A stretch of 42,287 bases of DNA from an uncultured Nitrososphaerales archaeon. GTDB taxonomy: Archaea > Thermoproteota > Nitrososphaeria > Nitrososphaerales > Nitrososphaeraceae. Positions within the stretch are counted from its first letter, which is position 1. Every line of letters begins with the position of its first letter. This document shows positions 31,150 through 42,287 of this stretch, piece after piece. The notes under the pieces were generated by a model. It saw nothing but the letters and a program-made list of their open reading frames with translations. It was not told the DNA's origin and searched no databases. The stretch is taken from positions 1 to 42,287 of the forward strand of contig CAVOHZ010000005.1 in assembly GCA_963695855.1 (NCBI GenBank), given 5' to 3'. The position numbers and the translations under genes are program-made.

Positions 31150-31505
31150 ATTGCACCAATTAATCTACCGTTTCTGCAAATCATATCAAGGCCATTTAGA
31201 CACATATCACAAGTTCCATCAAATACTTTGTTATGCACAACTACTCTGTCTCCTTTCTTGATATTGCTATTGTTATTTACATGGCTTCCAACTTGTTCTA
31301 CTATGCCACTTGACTCTGCTCCTGGTATATGTGGAAGAGGATCTATTTTTGGCAATCCGCCAGAAACCACAAAGTGATCTATAGGATTTACACCGGTTGC
31401 TTTAACTCTAATCAGTATGTCATGATCACTTATTTTTGGTTCTTCTGCATTATCTATAACCTTTAAATTCTCTAAACCAGGCTTTTCGAAAATAGCTGCC
31501 TTCAT
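31150..31505 (-). pseudogene. Zn-dependent alcohol dehydrogenase/MDR family, GroES domain only
   Basis: GVNPID, PHIPGAESSGIVEQVG and DGTCDMCLNGLDMIC motifs; cut at RLIGAI and fused to the IS5 remnant. Confidence 0.88.
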
Positions 31506-31621
31506 AATAATGTAAAAAGAGACTATCTCATTTTATTTATGACTTTTTTTATATTCATTGGCCAATTATGCTAACAAAAATACAAACTCACAGTGCTTGC
31601 AACACCCAAAACCCCGATAAA

Positions 31622-32112
31622 CTACATATACTTCTTATTGATCGCAAGGACAGACAAAAGCCAGTCTTTGGCTTTTCTAATTTCTTCTAGAACCAATTCG
31701 TGTCCACTGTTTTGCCAATTTATGGATACATCTGCTCCAGCTTTTTGCAGTAGACTAAAAAGATTCTTAGTTTCTTGGCTAGTGACTATTGGATCATGTA
31801 AGCCAGCCGATATGAACACATGTTTGGAATTAAGATCTGGTAGTGGCTCTGGTACAAGTGGCACCATAGGACGGAAGGGAATAACAGAAGAGACAATACT
31901 CGGCCGAAGTAACAGTGCGCTTGCTGCTATGTTTGCACCATTTGAATAACCTACTGCTACTAGGCGTTGTAAATCAAATCCATAAACCTTAGATGCCTCT
32001 TAAACAAAATCTGCCAGTTCATGAGTACGAAATTTCAGGTCCTGCATATCAAAAACTCCTTCAGCTAGCCATCTAAAGAAACGGGGCATCCCGTTCTCCA
32101 GTACTTTGCCTC
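31622..32112 (-). pseudogene. Second MhqD-like carboxylesterase, 5'-truncated with internal stop
   Basis: GKVLENGMPRFFRWLAEGVFDMQDLKFRTHELADFV*EASK...GYSNGAN...MVPLVPEPLPDL; TAA at 32000-32002; paralog of 18936-19616. Confidence 0.9.
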
Positions 32113-32301
32113 CTCTAATCCTTCTTCAGAGAATCTATCTAACCAGTATAATGCCCATGGTCTGCTTCTGTGTAATTCATCAGCAGCATAAGCAGGAATG
32201 ACATTTTCATTCTCTACCTTTATTACAAGAAGTAATCTTTCCTTTACCTTGAGATTTGTTTCCTTCTTGTATAATCTAATCAATTCAGTTTTGGAATACA
32301 C
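32113..32301 (-). mobile_element. IS630-like transposase HTH fragment
   Basis: ELIRLYKKETNLKVKERLLLVI...AADELHRSRPWALYWLDRFSEEGLE, fused out of frame to the esterase remnant. Confidence 0.75.
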
Positions 32302-32521
32302 AGTGATAATAGTATGAAATAAACAAGATAACAGATAGCTTTTACTCTTTATCTGGTATGATGATAATAAAATCTGATTAGAAAATATAGGCTAAGTGGT
32401 ATACTATGTCATCTATGATATTTATAAGAAATATATTCTATTGTATGATTTTATTATAAAATCATTTATTATTGTAAAGTTAGTATGAATAAGTTTTTTC
32501 TAAAAATAGATATTTAATCGA

Positions 32522-32794
32522 TTGAATCATTTTTTTAGGGGAGAATCAAAAGAGAATTCTATAATTAAAGGAATAATAAAAAGAAAATTAGAAGAATGGT
32601 TCGATGGTATCGCTGTAAAAGAATATCTGACTTCAGGAAGAAGGATAGATGTATTTAATTTTCACTATAGTGGAGTACAAATAGTAGTTGAGATTACTTG
32701 GTCAACAGGAGAAACACATTTTCTAAAAGATATAGATATTCTTCAAATGTCGAATGCATTAATAAAAATTTTTAGGTTCTACAATTCTAAATAG
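32522..32794 (+). pseudogene. PD-(D/E)xK nuclease-like fragment
   Basis: KEYLTSGRRIDV...IVVEI pattern; short ORF with TTG start. Confidence 0.4.
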
Positions 32795-33005
32795 AAATAG
32801 GAACTACTATATAAATTATCAGAGATAAACAATTTATTATGTATTAAATTATAAAGATGATAAATATAACTTCACTTTTTGTAATATTCTCTTTTATTGT
32901 GTTATTATATTTGGAACTAATGTTTATGCACAATTAGATAAATCTAGAGATAGATAAAGATAGCAAGAAGAAACTACAGAAAATTGGAATAAACTCTTTG
33001 ATTTA

Positions 33006-33374
33006 TTGTATGCAGGCAATAAAGTATGGGCTAAAAATGCTGCTGTTTTAGTAGTTGTTATTTCAAGAAAGAATTTTGAATACAATGAAAAGCCTACAGT
33101 CACACATCAGTTTGATGCCGGTGCAGCATGGGAAAATTTAGCATTAGAGGCATGTGACCGAGGAATTGTTACACATGGAATGGAGGGATTTGATTATCAA
33201 AGAGCTAAGACTGACTTGGGCATTCCTGAATCCTATGATGTTATGGCAATGATTACTATTGGAAAGAGAGGACCTAAAGAAAATCTTCCACCTAAACTTC
33301 AGGAAGTTGAATTTCCTAATGTTCGAAAGCCATTGACTGAAATAGTGATGGAAGGATATTTTAGAGAAATATAA
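33006..33374 (+). pseudogene. Nitroreductase family protein, C-terminal part
   Basis: FDAGAAWENLALEA, HGMEGFD and terminal RKPL motifs; the N-terminal RRSxR/APS motifs are missing. Confidence 0.85.
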
Positions 33375-33588
33375 AAAAATTAATTATTTTTTTTAACTTT
33401 AGAAATTTGATCTAAAAATTGAAAAATCTATAACAATTTAAACTTCTATTACTTCAAATTGATTTGTAAGATAGTATTCTGAGTTAGATAATCGATTATA
33501 GTTAATTGTGAAGTTTCAATTATCTTCATTGATTATAAGTAAAATTCAATTACTCTAGTATCACTCTAATATGAGCACAAAATGAGCC

Positions 33589-33687
33589 ATTTGAAAGGTA
33601 TTTGAAAGGTATTTGAAAACAATTAGAAACCAATTTGAAAACAATCTGAATACCATTAAATAATGATTTGAAAGGTATTTGAAAGAA
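33589..33687. repeat. Phased 11-bp tandem repeat, 9 units, consensus ATTTGAAA(G/A)NN
   Basis: atttgaaaggt x2, atttgaaaaca, attagaaacca, atttgaaaaca, atctgaatacc, attaaataatg, atttgaaaggt, atttgaaagaa. Confidence 0.8.
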
Positions 33688-33903
33688 TTTAACGAGTTTA
33701 AAATTGAGTGGAATGAGTTCCCAGTATTACAAATAATGATAATCCATTCCGTTTTATCAGTCTTAAATCAAATCAATCGATAAAATCTAATCATAAGTAA
33801 TCATCAAAAAAAAGATTCAATTCTATCTTTGAAATATTGCATCACTCTTTCGAAGTTATAGATACAGAAAAATTGATTTAAACTTGATATACACGGGTAA
33901 TGT

Positions 33904-34944
33904 ATGGTAGAAACTAAGGCTATTAGAGAAATTCATCTAACTAGGTATCCAGTAGGGATGCCTTCAGAAAATAATTTTAAACTTGTACAAGTTGAGATTC
34001 CAGAGCCAACAAAAGAAGGAGAATTTTTGGTGAGAAATATTTGGATGTCTGTAGATCCATATATGCGTGGTCGCATGAGGGAAGAAGGAGGTAATAGTTA
34101 CATACCTCCTTTCAAGTTAGGTCAACCTTTAGAAGGTGCATGTATAGGTCAGGTTATAGCTTCAAAAAATAACCAATTTGCTGTAGGTGATTATGTCTTG
34201 GGAAATTTTGGTGGCTGGCGTGAATATTGGTTATCAAATGGAACAGATGTTATAAAGATCAATCCTAAGATAGCTCCAATTCAATCATTTCTTGGAACAT
34301 TTGGTATGCCCGGTCTTACTGCCTATGTCGGGCTTTTAAAGGTTGGAGAGCTTAAAGAAGAAGACACAGTATTTGTTTCAGCAGCCTCGGGAGCAGTAGG
34401 ATCTATTGTATGCCAAATCGCTAAAATAAAAAATTGTCGTGTTATAGGAAGTGCTGGTTCAGAAGAGAAAGTAAAGTGGCTTGTCGACCGGGCAGGAATA
34501 GATTATGCATTTAATTACAAGAAGGTGGATGATATTTCTACTGAACTCAAAAAGGTCTGTCCTAATAAAATCGATATATATTACGATAATGTAGGTGGGA
34601 AACATTTAGAAGCAGCACTTGATAACATGAAAATATTTGGTAGAATTGTACTTTGTGGTATGATATCACAATACAATTCCAAGTCTCCAATTCTTGGTCC
34701 ATCGAATCTCTCTTTGGCTATAGCCAATCGACTCAAACTTCAAGGATTTATTGTTAGAGACCATTATGATATGCTAAATGAGTTTCATGCCTCTATGGCA
34801 AAATGGGTTGGTGAAGGAAGGATCAAATGGAAAGAAACAATTTTAGAAGGTATAGAAAATGCACCAAAAGCTTTCATTGGTCTTTTCAAAGGAGAAAACT
34901 TTGGCAAAATGCTGGTAAAGATTGGACCTGATCCCGCTATATAA
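33904..34944 (+). CDS. NADP-dependent oxidoreductase (CurA/prostaglandin reductase-like MDR)
   Basis: SVDPYMRGRM, GMPGLTAY, SAASGAVG, DNVGG, CGMISQYN and GENFGK motifs. Confidence 0.95.
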   Translation: MVETKAIREIHLTRYPVGMPSENNFKLVQVEIPEPTKEGEFLVRNIWMSVDPYMRGRMREEGGNSYIPPFKLGQPLEGACIGQVIASKNNQFAVGDYVLGNFGGWREYWLSNGTDVIKINPKIAPIQSFLGTFGMPGLTAYVGLLKVGELKEEDTVFVSAASGAVGSIVCQIAKIKNCRVIGSAGSEEKVKWLVDRAGIDYAFNYKKVDDISTELKKVCPNKIDIYYDNVGGKHLEAALDNMKIFGRIVLCGMISQYNSKSPILGPSNLSLAIANRLKLQGFIVRDHYDMLNEFHASMAKWVGEGRIKWKETILEGIENAPKAFIGLFKGENFGKMLVKIGPDPAI

Positions 34945-35233
34945 GTTAAGACAATTGTTTAATGATCTCCTATTCACTTTAGAGCAAATAAACTCATTTT
35001 AAAAATTATGAAATAGCTTGTGACCACTTTTTATCTATTAAAAAAAATCTAAAGTTTTTAGTAAGTTAGATACAATTATCCAATGTGCCCAATCTTTTGC
35101 ATTATTGTTCATAAAAATAATATTATTAGATTCACATTTTATTTATTATGGATTACTATATATTTTATCTAGATTTAACTACTAATTTTTAGAGTAAAAA
35201 TAAATATGGATCGATGTTTAGGAAATTGATTTA

Positions 35234-35704
35234 TTAGCGTAATCCTAGAGCATCTTTCAAATCTATTTCATGATCCTGTTCCTGTACAATAATTCCTCTT
35301 AATGTCTCAGATAAAGCAAATTCACCAGCGCGTTCAGCCTGACGAATCCTTTCTCTATAATTTTTGATCGTCTCTTGTTCCTGTCTTAAATCTATCTCAA
35401 GCATTGTCTTTGAATCCTGTGAATACTCAGCATCTTCACTTTTCACTGTCGGATCTCCTCCAAGATAATCGATCTGCTTGGCTACCTTTAAGGCATGTTC
35501 TAATTCTTGGGAGGCATGCTCTTTCAATTGTTGAGCTATATCTCCATACTCTGCTCCCTTTAATGTAGAACTGAACACAACATATTGGATAATTGCTTTA
35601 TATTCCCTTGCCAAGTCTTCATTTAATCCTTTTACTATTTCTTCCTTGCTAGAAGCTGATGCTATTTCGGCATCTGCAGGGGTATTATTAGTCTTATTTG
35701 ACAT
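35234..35704 (-). CDS. Ferritin-like (bacterioferritin/Dps-like) protein
   Basis: Diiron ligands in LAREYKAIIQY, QELEHA, QEQETI and QEQDHE. Confidence 0.88.
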   Translation of the reverse strand: MSNKTNNTPADAEIASASSKEEIVKGLNEDLAREYKAIIQYVVFSSTLKGAEYGDIAQQLKEHASQELEHALKVAKQIDYLGGDPTVKSEDAEYSQDSKTMLEIDLRQEQETIKNYRERIRQAERAGEFALSETLRGIIVQEQDHEIDLKDALGLR

Positions 35705-36850
35705 ACTTTTCTTTGAGACATTCCTCCTATATAAAATTGATAAATCATGTTACATTAGTTTTGGCCAATGCAGTTAACAAGTAGTATATAGTTTGTTAAA
35801 TGTTCTTTAGATTGTTAAAATTATTCACCTCATTCAATGTATGATGATATTTAGAGAAAACAAAATACTTGTTTTAAATTTAAAATCTATGGAAAGTAAA
35901 ATATTAAAAGAGACATTACATAACTTTATTAATATCTAATATAAGAATTAAAGTACGGATACAAGAATATATAACTACCATAGTGATATTATATTTCTTT
36001 CAAATACTCTATGCTACTAGATTAAAAATAAACAATCACAGCTAAATCTACTTTGCTAAATAAACAGTAATTATCATTTAAATTTAATGATAATAAAGTT
36101 ATTGGCAGTAGTACAATTTGACTCATATTTGTTTCACATCCATAGATACAATTAAAAATATTAATACTCAAGGAGAAAAGAAGGCTCTAAAAAGTATAAA
36201 ATTACAAGTGTATCAATAAATCTTTTTTTCCTAAAAGAAATCTATTAATAAATTGTGCATTTTTAAGAACTAAACAAAACAATTCAATAATAATATATAA
36301 AATTTATTCATGTAATATATTCTTGTTCTAATATCATGATTGTTTTTAAAAAGTATTATTTTATTATTTGGAGAGTTTTTAGTTAATTATCAAAGATCAG
36401 GAAATGATAAAATAATAATAATAAGAATAATTCAATATACTTTTAACACTATCCTCCTTAATAATTAATACAATAAGTAAAGTTTATGCTATTGAAAAGA
36501 TTATTAATTCATTATATGATATGTTTCCTATCTATCTTATATAATGTGTGAAAATATCAAAACAACAACAATCAATATTTTATCGTATAGACCTACGGTT
36601 TCTAATCCTCTTATTACTGGAATTCTTAAGATAATAATGCTCCAAGCTAAGAATTACCTTTGCTTTCGTATTCACTTATTTACAAATTCAAGACTAAAGA
36701 TATTTTTGAAATTTAATAATCGGATCTATAATCCTTTAGGAAATTATATGTTCATGCTATGAATAACGATACAACATGCAGGGAGTTTGAATGTATATAG
36801 AACCGTCATCGTCATTGCAGAAGCAGCCCACCAAAAAACATGATATTTAA

Positions 36851-37501
36851 CCTATTAAAAATATCCTTGAAGACAAATCACTTACCTTTGCTGAAAAGAT
36901 AATAAGTTTAAAGAATGTTGAAACAGACAATAAATCTAAAAAAATATCTATAGATGGTGATATTGTTATTGTAGATGTGGATCTTGCTATGGCACAAGAT
37001 AGTACACGTCCTTTAGCAATACGTTCGCTTAATGAAATGGGCATAGATAAGCTCCGTGATCCCTCAAAGGTTTTGCTGGTTCTTGATCATACCTTTCCTG
37101 CAGCAGACGAAAAAGTGGCAAATTTACATGCTTTGATAAGGAATTTTGTCTCAACATACAATTGTATGTTAGTAGAGAGCTCTATCTCTCATCAACATAT
37201 TCTTGAACATCTTGCTAATCCAGGAATGATGATATTAGGAGCATACTCGCACACTTGCCAAGCTGGCTGCATATCTGCTTTTGCTACTGGAGTTGGAAGT
37301 ACGGAAATTGCAGCAGTCTGGGCCACAGGTCAGTTATGGTTACAAGTACCCCAAACCATCAAGATTAACTTGTCAGGGGATTTTAATAAAGGCGTATGTG
37401 CACGAGACTTAATTTTAAACTATATTGGAATAGTAGGTGAAGACGGTGCTAACTACAAGGCGTTAGAATGGAAATTTTCAAATAATTATGTTTCTATTTA
37501 G
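36851..37501 (+). pseudogene. 3-isopropylmalate dehydratase/homoaconitase large subunit, N-terminal half
   Basis: TFAEKII, LDHTFPA, SHQ, GAYSHTC (DSHT altered), ATGVGSTE and GANYKALE motifs; truncated before the Fe-S cysteines and followed by an IS5 remnant. Confidence 0.88.
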
Positions 37502-37534
37502 AATTTTCACCATAAAAATTTTTATTTCTTATTC

Positions 37535-38009
37535 ATAGATGAGAGAAGAATAACCAAAGGCACGGTTCATGATAGCAAGAAATTTGTGCCTATGATAAAA
37601 GAGATTTCTAACAACAATAACATTACAAAAGCATATGCAGATAAAGCATATGATAGTACAGTTAATTTCAATTTGTTAGACAAATTGCATATTGAACCTA
37701 TAATATCTATCAGAAAGAATGCAAGTGGTAAAACTAGAAAATGCAAATCTAGAAATGAACAGGTACATCTGATTCAAAATATGGGATATGAAAAATACAA
37801 ACAACTAAAAAACACAGGACAAAGATGGATTGCTGAAGTAGTCTTCTCATCATTAAAACGAGTACTGGGAGAACATTTGATGTCAAAGAAATTCAGTATG
37901 CAAAAAACAGAGACTGTTCTTAAAATAATGTTGTATAACAAGTTTATCTCATTATAACACAATTTGTTTATGAATAGACTAACATTATTGTTGAATTAAG
38001 CTACACACT
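37535..38009 (+). mobile_element. IS5-family transposase C-terminal fragment with right end
   Basis: VHDSKKF, YADKAYDS and RWIAEVVFSSLKRVLGE motifs; end motif aattaagctacacact. Confidence 0.85.
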
Positions 38010-38063
38010 AGATTTTTAATAAATCTATAAATACTTTGTTCTTCAAGTAAAGCTGTAATACCT

Positions 38064-38438
38064 TTGCGTTTATCTGGGAGATCTATAGCGATTGTAGATG
38101 GTGAACAAGATATTTTGAATCTATTTCTGGAAGTATTAGACGATGAGGGTTATCAGACAAGAGGTTTTACTAATCCAGGTCCTTTTCTTGAATATCTCAA
38201 GCAACATAAAGATGAATTTGATTTTGTTATTCTAGACTATAAAATGCCTCCAATGCAGGGCTGCGAAGTGGCTAACACAGTATATAACATAAACCCCAAG
38301 ATAAAAATGATATTATTAACTGCATACAGTGATATTGTAAACAATACACGCAATCTAGAGGTTATCAAAAAACCAATAGACTTACACCATCTCTTAGATA
38401 TAGTCAGGCGATATATGGACCGCTCCGTTATTAATTAA
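38064..38438 (+). CDS. Stand-alone response regulator receiver domain
   Basis: IVDGE, ILDYKMPPMQG, LTAY and KKP motifs. Confidence 0.88.
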   Translation: MRLSGRSIAIVDGEQDILNLFLEVLDDEGYQTRGFTNPGPFLEYLKQHKDEFDFVILDYKMPPMQGCEVANTVYNINPKIKMILLTAYSDIVNNTRNLEVIKKPIDLHHLLDIVRRYMDRSVIN

Positions 38439-38794
38439 TAAATGAATAAAAAATCTACAATCACAATTCCTATAATGATTTTAGCTTAAATTCTCAAGAT
38501 AAATAAGATTATTAACTCGCTTCACTGATCAGTAAAGTAAAATAATAAACCAATTTTCTCATGTTCTTTTAGAAGGAAAATAATGTCTATTCCCATGAAT
38601 AATCTTCATTGACAAATACAAAACGGTAACAACAACAATGATGAAGAACATGAACTTATGCGTCTAGCTGCTAAACTCTTTAACTATGAAAGTAATTGAA
38701 AGTAAATTAGACACTTAATTTCTTAATATTGAAATTGATTTCCTTAGTTATAGGAAAATCAACAATTTGAATAACAAATATTTATTTACAATTT

Positions 38795-39175
38795 TTAGTC
38801 ACTTTTATATGCAGAAAGAAATGAAATCGAACCTTTCAATAAATCTCTTCCCTTAGGTGTGATAGAATATAAGCTCTTTTTGACAGGCTTCATAGTCCCT
38901 TTTTGTGATGGAATATCTGTACTGTCAACATATCCTCCACGCTTTAGTCTGTGTTCTAATGAATCCTTTAACGTAGCTGAGACTTTGAATATTTTACCAG
39001 ATGTTTTGAGAGCAATTATTTCTGAAATTTCTGTAGAATTTAAGGGTTTATTTGATTCATTTAACGCCATTAAAATTATAAAACTATTTGAAAATTGTGC
39101 TCCTTCTATCATTTCATAATTTTTAACTATTGAAGTCCAAGTATTTTGATCGATTGGTATCTTGGGTGAATTCAC
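38795..39175 (-). CDS. Winged-helix (PadR/MarR-like) DNA-binding protein
   Basis: KPLNSTEISE...RLKRGGYV...LYSITPKGR. Confidence 0.7.
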   Translation of the reverse strand: MNSPKIPIDQNTWTSIVKNYEMIEGAQFSNSFIILMALNESNKPLNSTEISEIIALKTSGKIFKVSATLKDSLEHRLKRGGYVDSTDIPSQKGTMKPVKKSLYSITPKGRDLLKGSISFLSAYKSD

Positions 39176-39179
39176 TATT

Positions 39180-39325
39180 TTGACAACAAAACTAAAATAT
39201 GATGAAGCTCTACAGGTACTAAGACAAAGTTTTAGCTATAGAGCCATCATATATTGGAGCATTAAATGGCAAAGCCAATGTTTTACAAGATCAGCAAAGA
39301 TATGATGAAGCAATACTTTTCCCAT
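39180..39325 (+). pseudogene. TPR-repeat remnant
   Basis: KYDEALQ, frameshift, then DKVLAIEPSYIGALNGKANVLQDQQRYDEAI. Confidence 0.6.
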
Positions 39326-39464
39326 AAAACTACATATTTGAGGAGTAAAAACTTCTACAAATTAATACCAAAAGTAACATTATGAAAGATAATTCTGCTT
39401 AATTAAACTCTTCGAAATATTATTATGACAATTTTTTATATAAAAATAAAAGAGTTGGTTATAG

Positions 39465-40022
39465 TCAATTATTTGCTTGTCTTTTTTTGATATGGAATTT
39501 GAGCGTTTCGAGTAGTGTCTCATAATCCCATGAATGATCATAACGTATTCCATTTAGGTAAAAAGTTGGAGTACCATTTACGCCACTTCGTACACCACTA
39601 AGAAAATCTTCTCGGATATGATCTGCATGAGTATGATTGAACATATCATCATCAAACCTAGACATATCTAATCTTATGCTGTCTGCATAGTCACTTAAAT
39701 TCTCATCATCTAGTGCTTGTTGATGTTCATAGAGATAATCATGCATCTCCCAAAACTTATTTTGCCCAGCAGCACTTTCTGCAGCTTCTGCTGCATGTTG
39801 AGCATGAGGATGAGCTTGAGTAATTGGAAAATTGCGAAAAACAAAACGAAATTTATTACCAAGGTTATTTTGAATTTTTTTGATTATTAAATAAGCTTGT
39901 CCACAATATGGACATTCGTAATCTCCATATTTTACCAATGTTATATGTGCATTATTAGGGCCCTGAATATGGTCACGATTCTCATTGACAGGCAGTGAGA
40001 GTTTTGCAGTTTCCATAATCAT
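39465..40022 (-). CDS. DsbA-family thioredoxin-fold oxidoreductase
   Basis: YGDYECPYC, FRNFP and GVNGTPTF motifs. Confidence 0.93.
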   Translation of the reverse strand: MIMETAKLSLPVNENRDHIQGPNNAHITLVKYGDYECPYCGQAYLIIKKIQNNLGNKFRFVFRNFPITQAHPHAQHAAEAAESAAGQNKFWEMHDYLYEHQQALDDENLSDYADSIRLDMSRFDDDMFNHTHADHIREDFLSGVRSGVNGTPTFYLNGIRYDHSWDYETLLETLKFHIKKRQANN

Positions 40023-40050
40023 GTCTATCCCTTCTTACTTTTTATTCTTG

Positions 40051-40590
40051 TTATTTTCCTTGTGGTTGCGATATAGATTCTAAAGCTTTTAGTATTCCAT
40101 CAGCTCCAGGATTCACACCTATTGGTGAAACATAGCTCCATCTAATAAGTCCATCTTTGTCAATTAAGAATAAGGCTCGTTCGGTTACACCGTCTTTTTT
40201 GCGATATACTCCATACTTTTTTGCTATCTTACCTTTAGGTTCAAAATCTGCAAGCAATGGAATTCGAAGGTTCCTTTCCTTGGAAAAAGCAAGATGACAC
40301 CAGATGCCATCAACTGATATTCCAATAACTTCAGCATTATAGCGTTGAAATTCAGGTAAAAGTTCGTTATATAAAGTCATCTCATCACCACAAACAGGAG
40401 AAAAGTCTGCAGGATAAAATACAAGAATTACCGGTCTTCCAGAAAATTGCTTTAAAGATATAGTCTGATCTGGGGTACTATGAAGAGTAAAGTCAGGAGC
40501 GATAGTGCCAGGTTGCAATAGTGATGACTGCTGTGATTGGTGTTGTCGTTGTCGTTGTCGTCCTTGCAGTTGTGATGTTGTCTCAGACAT
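40051..40590 (-). CDS. Peroxiredoxin (AhpC/TSA, AhpE-like)
   Basis: FYPADFSPVC peroxidatic motif, ISVD and ERALFLIDKDG. Confidence 0.92.
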   Translation of the reverse strand: MSETTSQLQGRQRQRQHQSQQSSLLQPGTIAPDFTLHSTPDQTISLKQFSGRPVILVFYPADFSPVCGDEMTLYNELLPEFQRYNAEVIGISVDGIWCHLAFSKERNLRIPLLADFEPKGKIAKKYGVYRKKDGVTERALFLIDKDGLIRWSYVSPIGVNPGADGILKALESISQPQGK

Positions 40591-41550
40591 AAATTTAAGT
40601 ATTAATCATTGGATATATGCATTGTGTATAAAATATTCTTGAATGTTATTCTACCATTACTACAGCATAGATTTTAGATAAAATAATCATTGATTTAAAA
40701 AGTAGAATTCATTGAAAAATTTAATCTTAGTTATAATCATTAATGTCTGGAATTTATTTCAAATACTTTTTTTTAATGTAATGCAATTGTCTCAGCTATT
40801 TCAAATGAAATTATCGGTTTCTGATTCAATATATAGTCATCAAAATTATAAAACCAGCAGAAAGTTGTGCTCATTGTATAATTTATTAATTGTCTAAAAT
40901 ACTATATAATTTGTTTCTTTAATAAAATTCTTTTCTATATGTGCAAGAATTTTTACAAAGATCAAATACCATTACAAGATGTAGTTCTTTTCAGGTCAAT
41001 AATTTCCTTAATTCCTGATACATTATCAGATCTTTCAACCTAAAAAATTCTGTTATCTGCAGCAATAAATGATTCTAAATATAGGCAATGCCAACGTCTC
41101 TTTTCATTATTTTATGTGTAGCAGCAATATCACTATAATCAAATTTTTGTAATGCCCTAAACTTTTCCCAATATGCGGTTGGAATAATTGTTGTTAATGC
41201 CTTTTTATTTCTGCTTGTCCAACCTATTGCTATTACTGTTAATCCATTTTTACATTCAACTTTATGAAGGCTATCACAGTCACAACCATACCCATTACTA
41301 CAAATCTTTTCTTCTTTAATGTATAATATCGCATGTTCTTTTGGATTGACAATATTGCGATCTAGCTAAAAAGCCAATGAATATATCCAGGTATTTCAAA
41401 ATGTTTGGAAAATTATAATTATCTATGATTTTGCTGAAGGTGGGTTTGCTAAATTGTTTTATTTATCTACATTTTAATAAATATTAGAATTATACTATGA
41501 ATATATGAATAAACAATTTTTTAAATATTGATTTATGAATAAATATCCTT

Positions 41551-41832
41551 CTAGTTTATTTTATTTGTGAAACTACTAGATTTATTTTGTTTTGATTTCA
41601 ATTTTAACAATTCCTTTGTATATGCTTCGTCGTTACCATGGACTGCTGTAAGATCCTTAAACATCATGAAAAGGGTATTGTATTTACGAAGATCTATTAA
41701 TTGATTCTCAATAGACTCTAGAGGATTATTAGAACGGATTGCTATAGATAAAACACTACGAAGCATTGACTTTCGATCAGGTTCGAGCAGAAAATCAAAC
41801 AAACGATCCATTTCTTCATATTTTGAAGCCAA
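41551..41832 (-). CDS. Hypothetical protein (possibly 5'-truncated)
   Basis: 93-aa ORF with TTG start and protein-like composition; no motif recognised. Confidence 0.45.
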   Translation of the reverse strand: MASKYEEMDRLFDFLLEPDRKSMLRSVLSIAIRSNNPLESIENQLIDLRKYNTLFMMFKDLTAVHGNDEAYTKELLKLKSKQNKSSSFTNKIN

Positions 41833-41976
41833 TTCTCAGTAATTAAGTGTTCCATTACATCATTTTTTGTAATTTTTTATAGTCATTGATGAATGTTTTT
41901 ATTAAAGATGTAATGCAACTAACTATACTTTTACTCCCTTACTTATTTTTATACTATAATTTGTATAGTAAAATCA

Positions 41977-42287
41977 ATGAGTAAATCAAATGTAATGGAA
42001 AAAGAACAAGCGAAAGAAATTGGAAGTCATGCTCAGATCTTCATTTATCGAATACCTAAAAAGAATCATGACGCTATAGTACTACTCAATAAACAAATTA
42101 AAGACACATTTCCAGAATATGGGCCTATTCACTCGGAATTATTTTACCTCAGCAGTACAGAGACTATAATGGATTTTGTAAATATAACAGAAACTCTCTT
42201 GGCTAACCAAGACGAGGAGGAGGTTTGGATAGAGATACAATCCTACAGAGACCGTAATCACCGAGATGAAGTAATGACAAATATGGA
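41977..42287 (+). CDS. DUF1428 (YbaA-like) family protein, runs off window end
   Basis: Manual translation MSKSNVMEKE...FIYRIPKKNHDA...EEVWIEIQSYRDRNHRDEVM. Confidence 0.75.
   Translation, partial: MSKSNVMEKEQAKEIGSHAQIFIYRIPKKNHDAIVLLNKQIKDTFPEYGPIHSELFYLSSTETIMDFVNITETLLANQDEEEVWIEIQSYRDRNHRDEVMTNM

Noticed and set aside
40970-41420. Minus-strand open stretch (DRNIVNPKEHAILYIKEEKIC...IPTAYWEKF)
   Set aside because: Looks like a gene remnant but has no clear start, is interrupted by stops and matches no family I can recognise.

Overview
AT-rich, accessory-type archaeal region. The gene content (C2H2 zinc-finger protein, stand-alone receiver domains, DUF2382 protein, cupredoxin and NHL remnants, a tyrosine integrase with a C-terminal coiled coil) suggests a Nitrososphaeraceae ammonia-oxidising archaeon such as Ca. 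Nitrosocosmicus; this assignment is an inference. Intact cargo includes several alpha/beta hydrolases, an FMN reductase, a five-gene ycaC-amidohydrolase-MFS-dioxygenase-carboxylesterase operon, a CurA-like reductase, a ferritin-like protein, a peroxiredoxin and a DsbA-like protein. Many other genes are pseudogenes cut by IS5, IS6 or IS630 remnants, and one IS481 element has both ends. Two non-coding signals stand out around the integrase (25832-27112, one in-frame TGA). First, an orphan mini-CRISPR array (4 x 30-bp repeats, 3 spacers of 35-36 bp, no cas genes in the window) lies about 320 bp downstream. Second, a tRNA-3'-end-like site just upstream belongs to a family of at least five dispersed sites built on a 33-bp unit (GGGTTCA-N8-TGGTCCCA plus N10); these occur as inverted pairs bracketing cargo genes, suggesting a recombinase-driven cassette or inversion system. 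Also seen: an ORF made of five apparently identical 195-bp repeats, a phased 11-bp repeat tract and an IS6-type MITE. No complete tRNA, rRNA or cas gene was seen.
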